Assembly (NCBI RefSeq): GCF_006345805.1
Contig: NC_043001.1
Location: forward strand, 54,188,001 to 54,252,000
Direction: 5' to 3'
Source: Octopus sinensis
Lineage: Eukaryota
Length of the DNA stretch: 64,000 nucleotides
In this document: one piece after another, positions 13,223-26,183 of the stretch
Numbering within the stretch: position 1 is the first letter of the stretch
How the letters are laid out: the number at the start of each line of letters is the position of its first letter
The notes under the pieces: generated by a model
What the model saw: the letters and a program-made list of their open reading frames with translations, nothing else
Database searches by the model: none
What the model was told of the DNA's origin: nothing
Position numbers and translations under genes: made by a program

Positions 13223-13433
13223 AACGAAATTTTCCCTTTACTTTACCTTTTCCATTAGAACGTTTTGTTTTTTTCTTCATGTAGTAGCTGTACTGTTTGA
13301 AACTGAACAATTGCTATATCGTGTAGGTTAGGTTATACAAGCCCGTTTGATTACTGCTCTGTCCACCCATGCAACTAGAAGTATCTCACTTATAATTCTT
13401 GTCTTCATCAAATCATATATGGGAGTGCATGTA

Positions 13434-13700
<267 letters not shown>

Positions 13701-13736
13701 CGCATAAATATGTGTACATAAGTATAAATATACATA

Positions 13737-13953
13737 CGAGGGCGTACGGAAGAGTCCCTGGCTTTTAGGGTGTCTCCAAAGGCCTGGTTAGAGGCCCATC
13801 ATTCTTAGTTCTTTCACTGGGCTTAGAAAAACCGAAGGACCGATGCAATAAATGTGCGAATCTAAGAGAGGAACATGCTGAACAAGATCATAATTAACTG
13901 ATCCTCCTATATTTTCTTTTACCCAAATCCAGGAACATTTCAGTGCCCCGTCG
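13737..13953 (+). mobile_element. Mariner-derived MITE (217 bp)
   Basis: TA|CGAGGGCGTACGGAAGAGTCCCTGG versus the reverse complement of the right end TA|CGACGGGGCACTGAAATGTTCCTGG; internal KDRCNKCANLR..H.EQ resembles a mariner C-terminus. Confidence 0.65.
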
Positions 13954-14258
13954 TATATACATTTATATGTACATAAATCCATGCATATGCGTACAATATA
14001 CATGCAAATAAAAGGCGCTCTTATACACTGGCCATATAGAGATGAATTCGTTATAGTTTTCTAAACATCTATTCAGTTCCGCCCAGGGGTCGTAATATAT
14101 ATTCCTGTGTAACACCATTGACCATTAAATCGAGTAACTGAATCGCCTTGTCCCTCCATTATTACTGAATTGCTTTGTCCTTCTATTACAAAAGACATCT
14201 TGTGCATTCATCTACAATGAATGGAATGCTGAATCGGTCAGCATATACACGCACGTAA

Positions 14259-14487
14259 AGGCGCATGGCTTATTAGTTAGGGTATTCGACTATCGATCGT
14301 AAGGTCATGAGTTTGATACTTGGTGATGCGTTGTATCCTTGAGCAAGTCATTTTATTTCACGTTGCTCCAGTAATTGAAAGGCCCAGCCTTGTCACGTTC
14401 TGTGTCACGCCAAATCTCAGTGAGAACTACGTCAATAGTCAGCGTGTCAGTGGAATACCTAGGTACGAGCACGTCAATTTCACAATG
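14259..14487 (+). mobile_element. SINE family B
   Basis: Colinear with 30848-31168 with an internal deletion; ends in (TG)n. Confidence 0.75.
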
Positions 14488-14565
14488 TGTGTGTGTGTGT
14501 GTGTGCGTGTGTGTGAGTGTGTGTGTGCGTGTGTGTGAGTGTGTGTGTGTGTGCGTGTGTGTGTG

Positions 14566-14647
<82 letters not shown>

Positions 14648-14759
14648 GTATGTATGCATATGTATATGATTTTCTCTGAGTTTTATCAAGTTCTTTAGAT
14701 TATTCAAGTCGTAGCTTACAAAGCGACAGCACTTTCAGAGTCAAAAGCGTTCTTGGTGT

Positions 14760-15300
14760 TCGTAAATTAGCGGTTGAGTTGGTGCGTTGGTTGAGCTGTC
14801 GATGCTCACACCGAAGTGTGTACACCTATTCACCTAAATAATCTGAGGTGGAGACTCTTAGAAGTATCTTACAAAACTTCACTATGCCACCAACAGATTG
14901 GATTTGGAGAATCCGTGACAGTTTCTTTTGCTTTTTCGTCGAGATGCCTAGTATTTCTAGGTACTTGTGTAAATTTGTGGTACAAGCTTAATGCACCTAT
15001 GATGATAGGTACAAGTTAGAAATAGTCAGGACACAGGAGCGGGAATTTCGGCATTAATTCACCATAAATGTTCTCTTTCCTGGAATCTTGATAGTACATT
15101 CACATCCGCTGGGTACCTAAGCTCTACAACAGTACATGACTTTTTTTCTCTGTTCCACAGAACAATATCAAGCCTGCGATGTTTGCACCGAATTGCCCTT
15201 TTGATTGGAGTGTTCCGCCAGTATTCCTTGTTTTTAAAAGGTGTGAATACATGATGTTTCTGACATGGTTTTAATGTATATGTCAGGGCAATCCTTCCTC
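14760..15300 (-). mobile_element. R4/Dong-like non-LTR retrotransposon 3' fragment (restriction-like endonuclease domain)
   Basis: KHRRLDIVLWNREKKSCTVVELRYPADVNV, then IYGELM...LVPIIIGAL (RPD/PD-D..K RLE signature). Confidence 0.75.
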
Positions 15301-16103
15301 TGGATATGCATGCACGCATATATGTATGTATGTACATACGTATATATGTATGTATATACGTATGTATGTATGTATGTATGTATGTATGTATACATGCATG
15401 TATTTGTATAGTCACTAAAAATTAAACATGTAAGAGCGATAGGGCAAGTACATAAGAGAACCAGAATTTAAAGGAAACAATGTGTTTCTCAAACTGCGTT
15501 TGTGTGTGTATGTGTGAGTAAGCATGCTTCAGTTGACATTGGTATGTCGGTAACATGCAGATGCGAGCGTATGGACATGTACATATGCCTAAGAAGATTA
15601 GAAGTAGTAACATGATTATCTCATTTAGTAATTACTTCATAGACTGTGATTGAACTGAATTTACACAAACATCTAATTTGTTTCCGAGATATTAATGGGG
15701 AAAATCTGTCAGTCAAACACACAGATTTTCTCAATAATGTCTTTATTTATCGCTGGCATTTCCACCATTTATATTAATATCCAATTCTACTACCTAAGAG
15801 AATTTTGATGTTATATCATTAACTGGAATAAATTGTAACCGAGTTACAAGTGCATGCAACAGCAATAAAATTTATAGATCGGCATGAATACGTATATTTA
15901 TGAAGAAAACTATATCAGGCTTCAGTAAATTTTGAGCCACAAAGACATTAAATGAATTTTATGCAGTCAGCAAAATGTCATGATAGAGAAGCTCTACAAA
16001 CTTGATGTAAGTAAATGATCGCAATAATAAAGTGGCCATGCGTGAGACCGAGTGGATAGTCACTAATATTATAAACATGTGTGGACGTGTATGTAAATAA
16101 TTA

Positions 16104-16486
16104 TCTCTCTCTATATAAACGGCAGTTTGTCTGTGTGTGTTTCTGTGTGTCTGTTTGTTTGTACCCTCACCCTGACCACGGCTTTCAACCGATTCTGATG
16201 AAACTTGACACACACATAGCCCAATGTCATAATTCAAAACTAACGCAGCGAAAATTTTGAAAAGTTCCCCCAGTTCTGAAAAAAATCGATAAATTCGACA
16301 TGGGGTCGAGAATCAGAAACACAAACCACTGACTGTCTAGGGGACGCAACTCGACCTTTTTTAACTCTCAAAAAAAATTTACCATCATTTTTTTTCCATT
16401 TTTTTGCTATTTTTTGGCTATAACTCTAAAAATGCTTTATAGTTATTTCCCTTACAAACCAGAGCAACGCCGGGCGATACTGCTAG
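16104..16486 (+). mobile_element. Non-autonomous Helitron (~380 bp)
   Basis: Inserted as A|TC...CTAG|T (A16103, T16487); GC-rich CGCCGGGCG palindrome about 10 nt before the terminal CTAG; internal TG/TC microsatellite; no TSD. Confidence 0.8.
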
Positions 16487-16743
16487 TATGTATATATATA
16501 TATGTAAGTTTATCTATACAGATTTTCTATAGAATTCAGACCATCAGACCCAGCACTAAAGGTTACATTTTGTATACGAGTACGCTTATGCAAACAATGA
16601 TTGAAGATGGAAAAATAAGAGGAGGTGGTGGAGGAGGAGGAGGAGGAGGAGGAGGAGGAGGAGGAGGAACATGTTGCATTGTTTCTATATACATCATGAT
16701 TGTTTTAATGCTTCCTTAATATCCTTTCTACTAAAAGGGCATT

Positions 16744-16927
16744 AAATTTTCGAGGAGGGTCTAAATCGATTACATTGACCCCAGTGCTTAACTGGTACTT
16801 ATTTTATCGACCCCGAAAGGATAAATGGCAAAGTCGAACTCATAAGAAGTTGAACTCAGAACTTAATGACAGGCGAAATGCCGCTAAGCATTTTGCCTGG
16901 CGTGTTAACGTTTCTACCACCTCGCCA
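16744..16927 (-). mobile_element. SINE family C
   Basis: CTGGTACTTATTTTATCGACCCCGAAAGGAT core and head ending CTCGCC. Confidence 0.8.
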
Positions 16928-17448
16928 CCATACTGTTTCCTTAATATCATTATTTACCTATAATTACTGTTCGTCTTCAAGGCTTTGTATCATTCGTTTC
17001 CATTCCTGTTTAGTACTGCTGACTCCCACAGCTACTGTTTTGGTTTATTATGCTTGTTTTATACTTTCAGTCACAACATCTGTTCTATTGTTTTTATTCA
17101 TTTGCATTACGTGCATGATTATGACTGGTACTTCAGTTCCTGTAAGCTCATAAAAGTGTAGTAAACCAAACAAATACACCACAACTTTATTATAAATAGT
17201 TACTCTTTTCTAAGTGGTTAAGCAGTTGTACAGGGTGTTCAATCTAAATTTGGCAGTTTGCATAAGAGGAAAAGAAAACGCAGAAGTAAAAGTATATTTT
17301 AAAAATCAAAGAAATACGGCCTCAAGAATATTATATATATGTGTGTGTGTGTGTGTGTGTCTGTGTGTGCGCATGCATGTATGTATGTATATATATACAC
17401 ACATATATATATATATGCAATACATATATACAAACATATACACACACA

Positions 17449-17491
<43 letters not shown>

Positions 17492-17961
17492 ATATATAAT
17501 ATATATATATATATACACATGTGTATATGTACATATATACATAAAGAACAACACAGATGGGTGGAGGTTCACTACAGCTGTTTCAGATGTGTTATCGTTT
17601 GTTCTTCACATAACTTGGAGCCTTCAAAGCGTTTGGATCTGAAGCCTATAGTCACCTGTGGAATATATGCCGTGAATGTAGCCATGTCGCGACTTTGAGT
17701 ACATGTTGTGTATTCTGTGAGTACTAGTGAACGTGTCCATAAACGGAACGACAATTCCATACTTACTTTAGGAATCTCGTATAGATAAACACACGTTGCT
17801 AGTGCTGTGTATCGATATCCCCAACTCTATCATGGTCCTTTTACTACATAAATATCTAAATATCTGATTCTATCGGATCCTGAAAATTCCATTATTACAT
17901 TATATATATATATATATATATATATAAATGAATGGAGTTGAACGAAGATGTTAACAAAATT

Positions 17962-18054
17962 CCTTTACTCTCGACATATGTTTCGAAGACAACATGGTTT
18001 CATTCCAAAAGAATAAACGCTGCAAGATGCAATCTTCTCATCAGGAAAGAAAGG
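17962..18054 (-). ncRNA. Type I hammerhead ribozyme motif, full core, GUC cleavage triplet
   Basis: Minus strand: CCTTTCTTTC CTGATGA GAAGA...(53-nt stem II)...TCTTC GAAA C-ATAT-G TC GAGAGTAAAGG. Stem I 10 bp with one bulge; G10.1-C11.1 canonical; predicted cut between 17973 and 17972. Confidence 0.85.
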
Positions 18055-18225
18055 GAGCCTCTCTCAACAACAATACAAACAAAAATTGCGATGAGTGCCT
18101 ACATGGTACACAAAACGATAATAAGTGTTTTTAAAAAAACGTTAGTAGAATTGACGTCAGAGTTAGATAGTAGGAAGAGAAGGGTTAAAGGAATAATAGG
18201 TAGGGAACAATTTTTGTTTGTCTTG

Positions 18226-18311
18226 TTCCTGATGAAAAGATTGCATCTTGCACCATTTATTCCTTTGGAATGAAACCATGTTGTCTTCGAAACATATGTC
18301 GAGAGTAAAGG
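18226..18311 (+). ncRNA. Hammerhead motif, impaired copy in the right arm
   Basis: CTGATGA at 18229-35, GAAA at 18289-92, CATATG-TC. A10.1/C11.1 mismatch and a deletion leaving only about 3 bp of stem I. Confidence 0.55.
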
Positions 18312-18343
18312 AATTTTGTTAACATCTTCGTTCAACTCCATTC

Positions 18344-18349
<6 letters not shown>

Positions 18350-18382
<33 letters not shown>

Positions 18383-18720
18383 TATATATATACATATATA
18401 TATAAACTTATATATCTATATATATTTTATATAATTATATACATATGTATATATATATATCATATATATATTATATATGTATATATACATAATATATATA
18501 TATACATATACATATATACATACATATATTTACATATTTTACTGCTGTGATTTTTGCTACTAAGGTATCGGTAAAACTGTTGATTAATCTATACAAGATT
18601 ATTCATCTTTCTATTACATATATATAGATATATATATATATATACATATATACATATATATAATATATATATATATTATATATATATATTTATATATATA
18701 TTTATTTATTTACATATACA
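18350..18720. repeat. Degenerate (TA)n array
   Basis: Direct reading. Confidence 0.9.
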
Positions 18721-18982
18721 CACATATATCAGTATGAGTGTATATAATTTTTACTTTGGTTTACTGTTATATTATTTTAGGTAACTTATATATTATTGAA
18801 GGAAGATTTGAATTCTTATAAGAGAAAATTATATTTGGTAATTTATTTAAAACTGTAACACTTTGATCGCAGTTTACATACCGAATAAATAAACATGTTT
18901 TCTTTTCTTTCTTTTGCATACGTACAGTGACACACTCACCCACTCACATGCTCTCTCGCTCTCACTCTCTCTCTCTTTCTCT

Positions 18983-19052
<70 letters not shown>

Positions 19053-19056
<4 letters not shown>

Positions 19057-19839
19057 TTGTCTCGTTCAAAAGGAGAATATTAATATTTCTGTCCTTGTCT
19101 TTTCTATAAATTTGTTATTGAACAGAAAATTTTAATTTTTATATACACGAATTATTGTTGGTGGTTCTTTTTATTATAATTTTTACGCTGTGATCGCACT
19201 TTCCCACGAGGATAAATAAAGATAATCTCTGGCAAGTTCTCTTTTGCACACATACATAAAACTTCTCTTTTTCTACTTTATTTACTCTAGAACGAAAAAA
19301 TTTAATTGCAATACGCTCAAAATTATTGTCACAAATTTGTTTATGACTTTTACGCTAATGTCGCATCTGCTATTGAAGATAGATAAATGTAGTACACACG
19401 CGCCTCCAAAGAAACATATTCATAAATGCATACGTATCCATCAGCGTACATGCGCACATCTACACACGTACATATTTGTAAACATACGTATACACGCACA
19501 CACTCTCAGATATATACATACATACATACATACATAATACATACATACACACACACACATATATATATACACACATACATACATACACACACACAGATAT
19601 ATACATACATACATGCATACATACACATACACACAGATATATACATACATACATACATACATACATACACATAGTATATATTTTCACATGTATACAAAAG
19701 CAGATGTAAATTCAGGTATAGATTAATGCTTTCCCTTATATCTATCTACAACACTCTTCATTCCAATATTTCTTCTACAAAAATAATTCTTTTCTGAATT
19801 TACCCTTCATTCTTACCCTCCTCTCTCTCTCTCTTTCTT

Positions 19840-19895
<56 letters not shown>

Positions 19896-20766
19896 CTCTT
19901 GTCTTCGTCTGTCCAAAGGAGAAAGTAATATTTCTGTCCTGCCTGTCTTTTATATAAATTTGTATATTGAACAGAAAAAATTTTAATTTTTATATTACAC
20001 GAATTATTGTTGGTGGTTCTTTTATTATAATTTTTACGGCTGTGATCGCACTTTCCCACGAGGATAAATAAAGATAATCTCTGGCAAGTTCTCTTTTGCA
20101 CACACATACATAAAACTTCTCTTTTTCTACTTTATGTTACTCTAGAACGAAAAAATTTAATGGCAATACGCTCAAAATTATTGTCACAATTTGTTTATGA
20201 CTTTTACGCTAATGTCGCATCTGCTATTGAAGATAGAAGTTATATGTAGTACACACCCGCGCCTCCAAAGAAAGAAAATATTCATAAATGCATACGTATC
20301 ATCAGCGTACATGCGCACATCTACACCACGTACATATTTGTAAACATACGGTATAACGCACACACTCTCAGATATTACATACATACATACATACATACAT
20401 CACATACATACACACACACACAATATATATTACACAAATACTACAACACACACACAGATATATAAATACATACATGCATACATACACATACCACACAGAT
20501 ATATACATACATACATACATACATACATACATACATACACACATAGTATATATTTTCACATGTATACAAAAGCAGATGTAAATTCAGGTATAGATTAATG
20601 CTTTCCCTTATATCTATCTACAACACTCTTCATTCCAAATTTCTTCTACAAAATAATTCTTTTCTGAATTTACCCCGTCATTCTTACCTCCTCTCCTCTC
20701 TCCTCTTCTTTCTCCTCTCTCTCTCGTCTCTTTCTTTCTCTTACTCTCTCTCTCTCTCTCTCTCTC
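19053..20766. repeat. Tandem duplication of ~0.85-0.87 kb bounded by (CT)n tracts
   Basis: GATCGCACTTTCCCACGAGG recurs near 19193 and 20044; TTTTCACATGTATACAAAAGC recurs near 19681 and 20553. Confidence 0.9.
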
Positions 20767-20972
20767 GCTATTTCCCACCATCTCCCCTGTCAAAGATATA
20801 TACCCACTTTTCTCTCCAATGAAAACGAAATCCACAGAAGCATGCCGGCGATCAGGAGGTTATTAAATCCTCAATAAAGCCTAATAAAACTTGTAATGAG
20901 ACTGAAGTAGTGTGTGACACACACACACACACACACACACCACACACACATGCACACATGCACACATACATA

Positions 20973-21041
<69 letters not shown>

Positions 21042-21103
21042 GTGTGACACTGTGTGTACGGTGTGTGTGGTGTGACGGGTGGTGTGTGTGTGTGTGAGTG
21101 TGT

Positions 21104-21290
21104 GCGTTTGTCCCCCCGCCATCGCTTGACAACCGATGCTGGTGGAAGTCCCCGTAACCTAGCCGTTCAGCAAAAGACACTGATAGAATAAGTACTAGGC
21201 TTACAAAGAATAATCCTTAGGATCGATTCAAGGTGGGGCTCCATTATAGCCACAGTCAAATTACCGAAACAAGTAAAAGAATAAAAGAAT
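21104..21290 (+). mobile_element. SINE family A 3' module
   Basis: CCATCGCTTGACAACCGATGCTGG...GAAACAAGTAAAAGAATAAAAGAA tail. Confidence 0.85.
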
Positions 21291-21301
21291 ATATATATAT
21301 A

Positions 21302-22066
21302 CAGGGTGTCTCAAAAGTCACTGATGGGTTTTTTTTTTTAATAGTGTCCTTAACTTGACAAATAGGTGCATGAAATTTTGATAAATATAAAGGATATAAT
21401 GGAATTTAATATGCACATGTCAAATATTACAACACGACTACATATGGAAAATTACATCAATTGAATGGCAGCCATTTTCCAATTCGCACGCCTGTTGTAT
21501 TTCCAAAAGTTTCACCATAGTGCCCTCAAGCGTTTCAGACCCCACTTCTCTGATTTCTCTATTGATGTTCTCCTTCAGTTGCACCAGGGCCAATTGACGT
21601 GAACCCTCTCTTTCAGATATCCCCACAAGAAAAAATCCAGGCTAGTCAAGTCTGGGGAACGTGAAGGTCTGTTGACATTCCTGTAGCAGGAGATTATTCT
21701 CTCTTCAAAGCACTGCCGTAGCAACTGCATCGTTTCTCTTGTGATATGAGCAGCTTCCCCATCTTGCTCGAATCATGTGAGGTCTACTTTGAATGGCCGG
21801 ACGCAAAAAGATCTCAATCATAGGGTCTGAAACTCTTAAGAGTGTTATGGTGCAAGTTTTGTAAAGAGCATGTGTGTGCGAAGTTGAAAATGGCTGACAT
21901 TTAATCGATGTCATTTTTCATATGTGATGTAGTGGTGTTGCAAAATCTGCCTTGTCCATATTAATTTCCATAATATCCTTTATATAGTATCAAAATGTTA
22001 TGCAATTATTTGTAAAGTTAAGGAAGTTATTAAAAATTGAAACCCATCAGTGACTTTTGAGACACC

Positions 22067-22069
<3 letters not shown>
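21302..22069 (-). mobile_element. Internally deleted Tc1/mariner-superfamily DNA transposon
   Basis: Perfect 30-bp TIRs CAGGGTGTCTCAAAAGTCACTGATGGGTTT, TA on both sides, about 115 bp of imperfect subterminal inverted repeat, and minus-strand PDLTSLDFFLWGYLKER transposase motif. Confidence 0.92.
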
Positions 22070-22100
<31 letters not shown>

Positions 22101-22407
22101 CGATAAGATCGTTATTTAAATATCGAACTTATGAAGTGGCCAGCATGGGAATAAAACCCTTCAAAGGTAATAATTATTATTATTATAATTATATTTTAGA
22201 GTATCAAAGAGATACCACCACGCTTGAAATAGCAGCAAAAGCTTGACTCTAAAACCATATTAAAAGTTCATACAGCACCAGAATAGAAGACAAAATAAAC
22301 TAGCAAAAAAATTACTGGATAATTCCAGATCCTGAAATTCTGGCTTTGCATAAGAAATGCTTTGCCTCATTAGTGGAATATACGCAACACATAAATGCAA
22401 ATATATA

Positions 22408-22446
<39 letters not shown>

Positions 22447-23206
22447 ACGAATACTTACATATACGAGCATATACATACATATATATGCACGTATGCACAC
22501 GACCAGTTTAAATAACCCGCCTAAAACTCCTCGTGCGATATGGTCAAATATATCACCGCAGTGAATATAATGACGAAATATAAATATAAATTTATATAAA
22601 TAAGGATAAGATCGTGTGTTGAAACAAATATTGTTGTAATTCGAGGTGCTCAAGCAGAACATAGAGGCTCAGTCAATACCATAGAGGTCAAAGTATTATC
22701 AACGCATAGAACTGACACAACACGTAGACACATCACAGAGGTTGCACACAGCAATAGACAGACCGATCCTCAACAGAAAACACGGATGGAACAATAACAC
22801 ACACCACTACACCACACAACATGACGAGTAAAGATTAAAGGGAGAAAACAAAACCCAGATACAAACAGCGTAATACACATACGATAGACATAGATGCATA
22901 AACCAGTGATAAATATATAAAAAAGATTAGACATAAAAAAACTGTACAAAGGACACGGATAGAAACAACATACACATATACACATAGTGTAACTTCACAA
23001 ACGGCCGCAGCAATCTCAACAACGCCACCAACAACGACAACAGCAATAACAAACAACAACTACCACGAAGGCGACAGCTTGGGCGAACATACAAAGAGTG
23101 AGTTACAATAACGTTACAAAATGTCGGGTTCAAGGCAGCAGCAGCGGCAAGTAGGGTCATAGTGTCCCTAAGAACGATGACACACACATACACACATACA
23201 CACATA

Positions 23207-23237
<31 letters not shown>

Positions 23238-23507
23238 CACGTACACACACATATATACACACACACATACAGAGGCATGGACATATAAAGATACGCATCA
23301 TAGAAGAACAAAATGGAATAAGCAGAGGAAGAGCACACACGAAGACGCTGAGGAGGTCACAGAAAGACGAACGATTTCCGGACAATGAACATGAGTTAAA
23401 ATAAGGACAGGAATAAACGAGTGAACAACGGATATATAGTGCGTGGGCTTTTTGGGGTAAAAAAAAAATGACTGTCCCGAGGTACAACAATGTGTGTGTG
23501 TGAGTAA

Positions 23508-23561
<54 letters not shown>

Positions 23562-23587
23562 TTCTCTCTGGATCTTTCCTTCTCCTA

Positions 23588-23625
23588 TGTTTCCGACGAA
23601 GAGCTCCGCTCGAAACGTTAGACCC
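23588..23625 (+). ncRNA. Ultra-minimal hammerhead-like motif, mutated core
   Basis: TGTTT CCGACGA A GAGC-tcc-GCTC GAAA CG T T AGAC; U4 is replaced by C. Confidence 0.4.
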
Positions 23626-23718
23626 TCCTTCTTTCCTTCTTCCTGAGGGTCCAATAATACTATATTTTTTCCACGTCCTCGCGTTGTTGTGTTTCTCTTT
23701 GTGTTTTCATGTTTGGAT

Positions 23719-23770
<52 letters not shown>

Positions 23771-23857
23771 ATATTATATATATATATATATTTATATATA
23801 TGTATATGTATATATATATTTATATATATGTATGTATGTATGTATGTACATTTATGG

Positions 23858-24008
23858 GCGTCGATGTGTGAGAAGAAGTCTGCTTGCTAATCACATGGTT
23901 CCGGGTTCAGTCCCACTACGCAGCACCTTCGGGACTTTTCTACTACAGCTCCAAACAGACCTAAGCCTTGTCAGTGAATTTGGTAGACAGAAACTGAAAA
24001 CCGTCGTA
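23858..24008 (+). mobile_element. SINE family A head
   Basis: GGTTCCGGGTTCAGTCCCACT B-box region and GAATTTGGTAGAC..AAACTGAAA core. Confidence 0.8.
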
Positions 24009-24204
24009 TATATATATTACGGAGATGTACTTGCATTGCTAGTGACTTCATCTGACATCGGATGCCGAAACAAAAACAATCGCAGCGTGGGAGGTATTTA
24101 TTAGCCATTTCAAAATACACAAAACATGTAAGATTCACTTCAACATTTAAATTTAATTTGTCGAAATATTCTTGTCGCTTTGAGACCGCGATCCGTTCAC
24201 TGGG

Positions 24205-24402
24205 AGTGCAGCTATGCTGGAGCACCGCCTTGAAGAATTTTTAGTTTAAGGTATCGACCCCAGAACTTATTCTTTTATAAGCCTGGTACTTATTTTATAG
24301 GCCTCTTTTGCCAAACAGCTAAGTTGCGGGTACGTAAACACACCAGCGCTGGTTGTCAAACACAGACACAGAGATACGCACAAACACAACACAAAGAACA
24401 CA

Positions 24403-24445
<43 letters not shown>

Positions 24446-24681
24446 ACACATATATATATATATTATATATATATATATATTATATATATATATATATATA
24501 AATTATATATATATATATATACATTTATACGACAGACTTCTTTCAGTTTCCATCAACCAAATCCACTCAAGGCTTGGTTGTCCCGAGGCTATAATAGAGA
24601 CACTTGCCCAAGTGCCAGGCAGCTAGACTGAATCCGGGACCATTTAGATGGGAAGCAAGTTTCTAACCACACAGTCACGCC

Positions 24682-24682
<1 letters not shown>
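24205..24682 (-). mobile_element. SINE family A, full length with internal (CA)/(TA)
   Basis: Both head and 3' module present, colinear with 50041-50412. Confidence 0.85.
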
Positions 24683-24689
<7 letters not shown>

Positions 24690-24722
<33 letters not shown>

Positions 24723-24742
24723 TATATATATATACAAATACG

Positions 24743-24792
<50 letters not shown>

Positions 24793-24813
24793 TACGTACA
24801 TACATGCTATATA

Positions 24814-24846
<33 letters not shown>

Positions 24847-24887
24847 ACATACGTACATACATGCATATATATATATATATATCTATA

Positions 24888-24924
<37 letters not shown>

Positions 24925-25165
24925 TGGCTGTGCGATTCGTTTAGCGAATATATATATACACATACGTACATACATGCATATATATATATAATATAATATA
25001 TAAATACGTACAAACATGCATATATATAATATATATCTATATTATATATATATACATATATATCCCATATATATATACATATATATATATATCTATATAT
25101 ATATATATCTATAATATATATATATATATACAATATATATATATATATATATACATATATATATA
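24690..25165. repeat. (TA)n array with a recurring TACGTACATACATGCA unit
   Basis: Direct reading. Confidence 0.9.
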
Positions 25166-25245
25166 CAGAGGAGAGAGTGACGTATATACATCTGTGTATA
25201 TAAGCATTTTATACACACACACACTCACACGCGTATTCTTTTAAT

Positions 25246-25610
25246 ATTCACAAGGCCCATTTGGGGGAGGGGTCAGTCGATTAGATCGACCCCAGTACGC
25301 AACTGGTACTTAATTTATCGACCCCGAAAGGATGAAAGGCCAAGTCGACCTCGGCGGAATTTGAACTCAGAACGTAAAGACAGACGAAATGTCTATTTCT
25401 TTACTACCCACAAGGGGCTAAACACAGAGAGGGCAAACAAGGACAAACAAACGGATTAAGTCGATTATATCGACCCCAGTGCGTAACTGGTACTTATTTA
25501 ATCGACCCCGAAATGATGAAAGGCAAAGTCGACTCAGAACGTAACGGCAGACGAAATACCGCTACGCATTTCGCCCGGCGTGCTAACGTTTCTGCCACCT
25601 TGCAGCCTTC
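25246..25610 (-). mobile_element. Two stacked SINE family C copies (short-tail copy plus long-tail subfamily)
   Basis: ATCGACCCCGAAA(G/T)GATGAAAGG core occurs twice; long tail TATTTCTTTACTACCCACAAGGGG. Confidence 0.85.
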
Positions 25611-26183
25611 ACTCACACACATATTGACTGACTACGGAAGACAAAGCTGTCGAAGGTGAGATTTGATCCCAAACCGCATGTTTCTGGAATAAATATCATT
25701 TTATCATTCAAAATGCATGGAAATAATATTAATTTCAAAGGACTTGTGACAAATATATCGGTCATAACAAAATTGATTTAAAGTAGGTTTGGAGCGAGAC
25801 ATTTTGATCCCTATTGAATATTTTACCACTGAGCTTCATAATCCACCGAGGATTAGGTTTACTCCATAAATAATCTGTTTCATCAATCTTAGACAACCGT
25901 ATGTCTCTTCTAGATATATTCATAGATGTTGAATGACACATTCACACTTACAGTGATAGATGTGTGTATGGATCTATGTGTATGTGTACGTGTGTGCGCG
26001 TGTATCTATGTAGGTATACAGTTATATATATGTATATAACATGTATATAAACTTACTTCTCTATACATGCACACCCGTATACATCATACACAATTATCTA
26101 CAGTTATATAAATATGCATATATATGTGTATGCGTGTGTATACAAACACATATATGTAAAAATATATGCCTATATATATACTA

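Larger units (their letters stand above)
17925..18348. mobile_element. Foldback non-coding element with hammerhead-bearing inverted arms (Penelope-like or retrozyme-like), flanked by (TA)n
   Basis: Arms 17925-18047 and 18226-18348 are near-identical reverse complements; each carries a CTGATGA...GAAACATATGTC motif. Confidence 0.8.
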
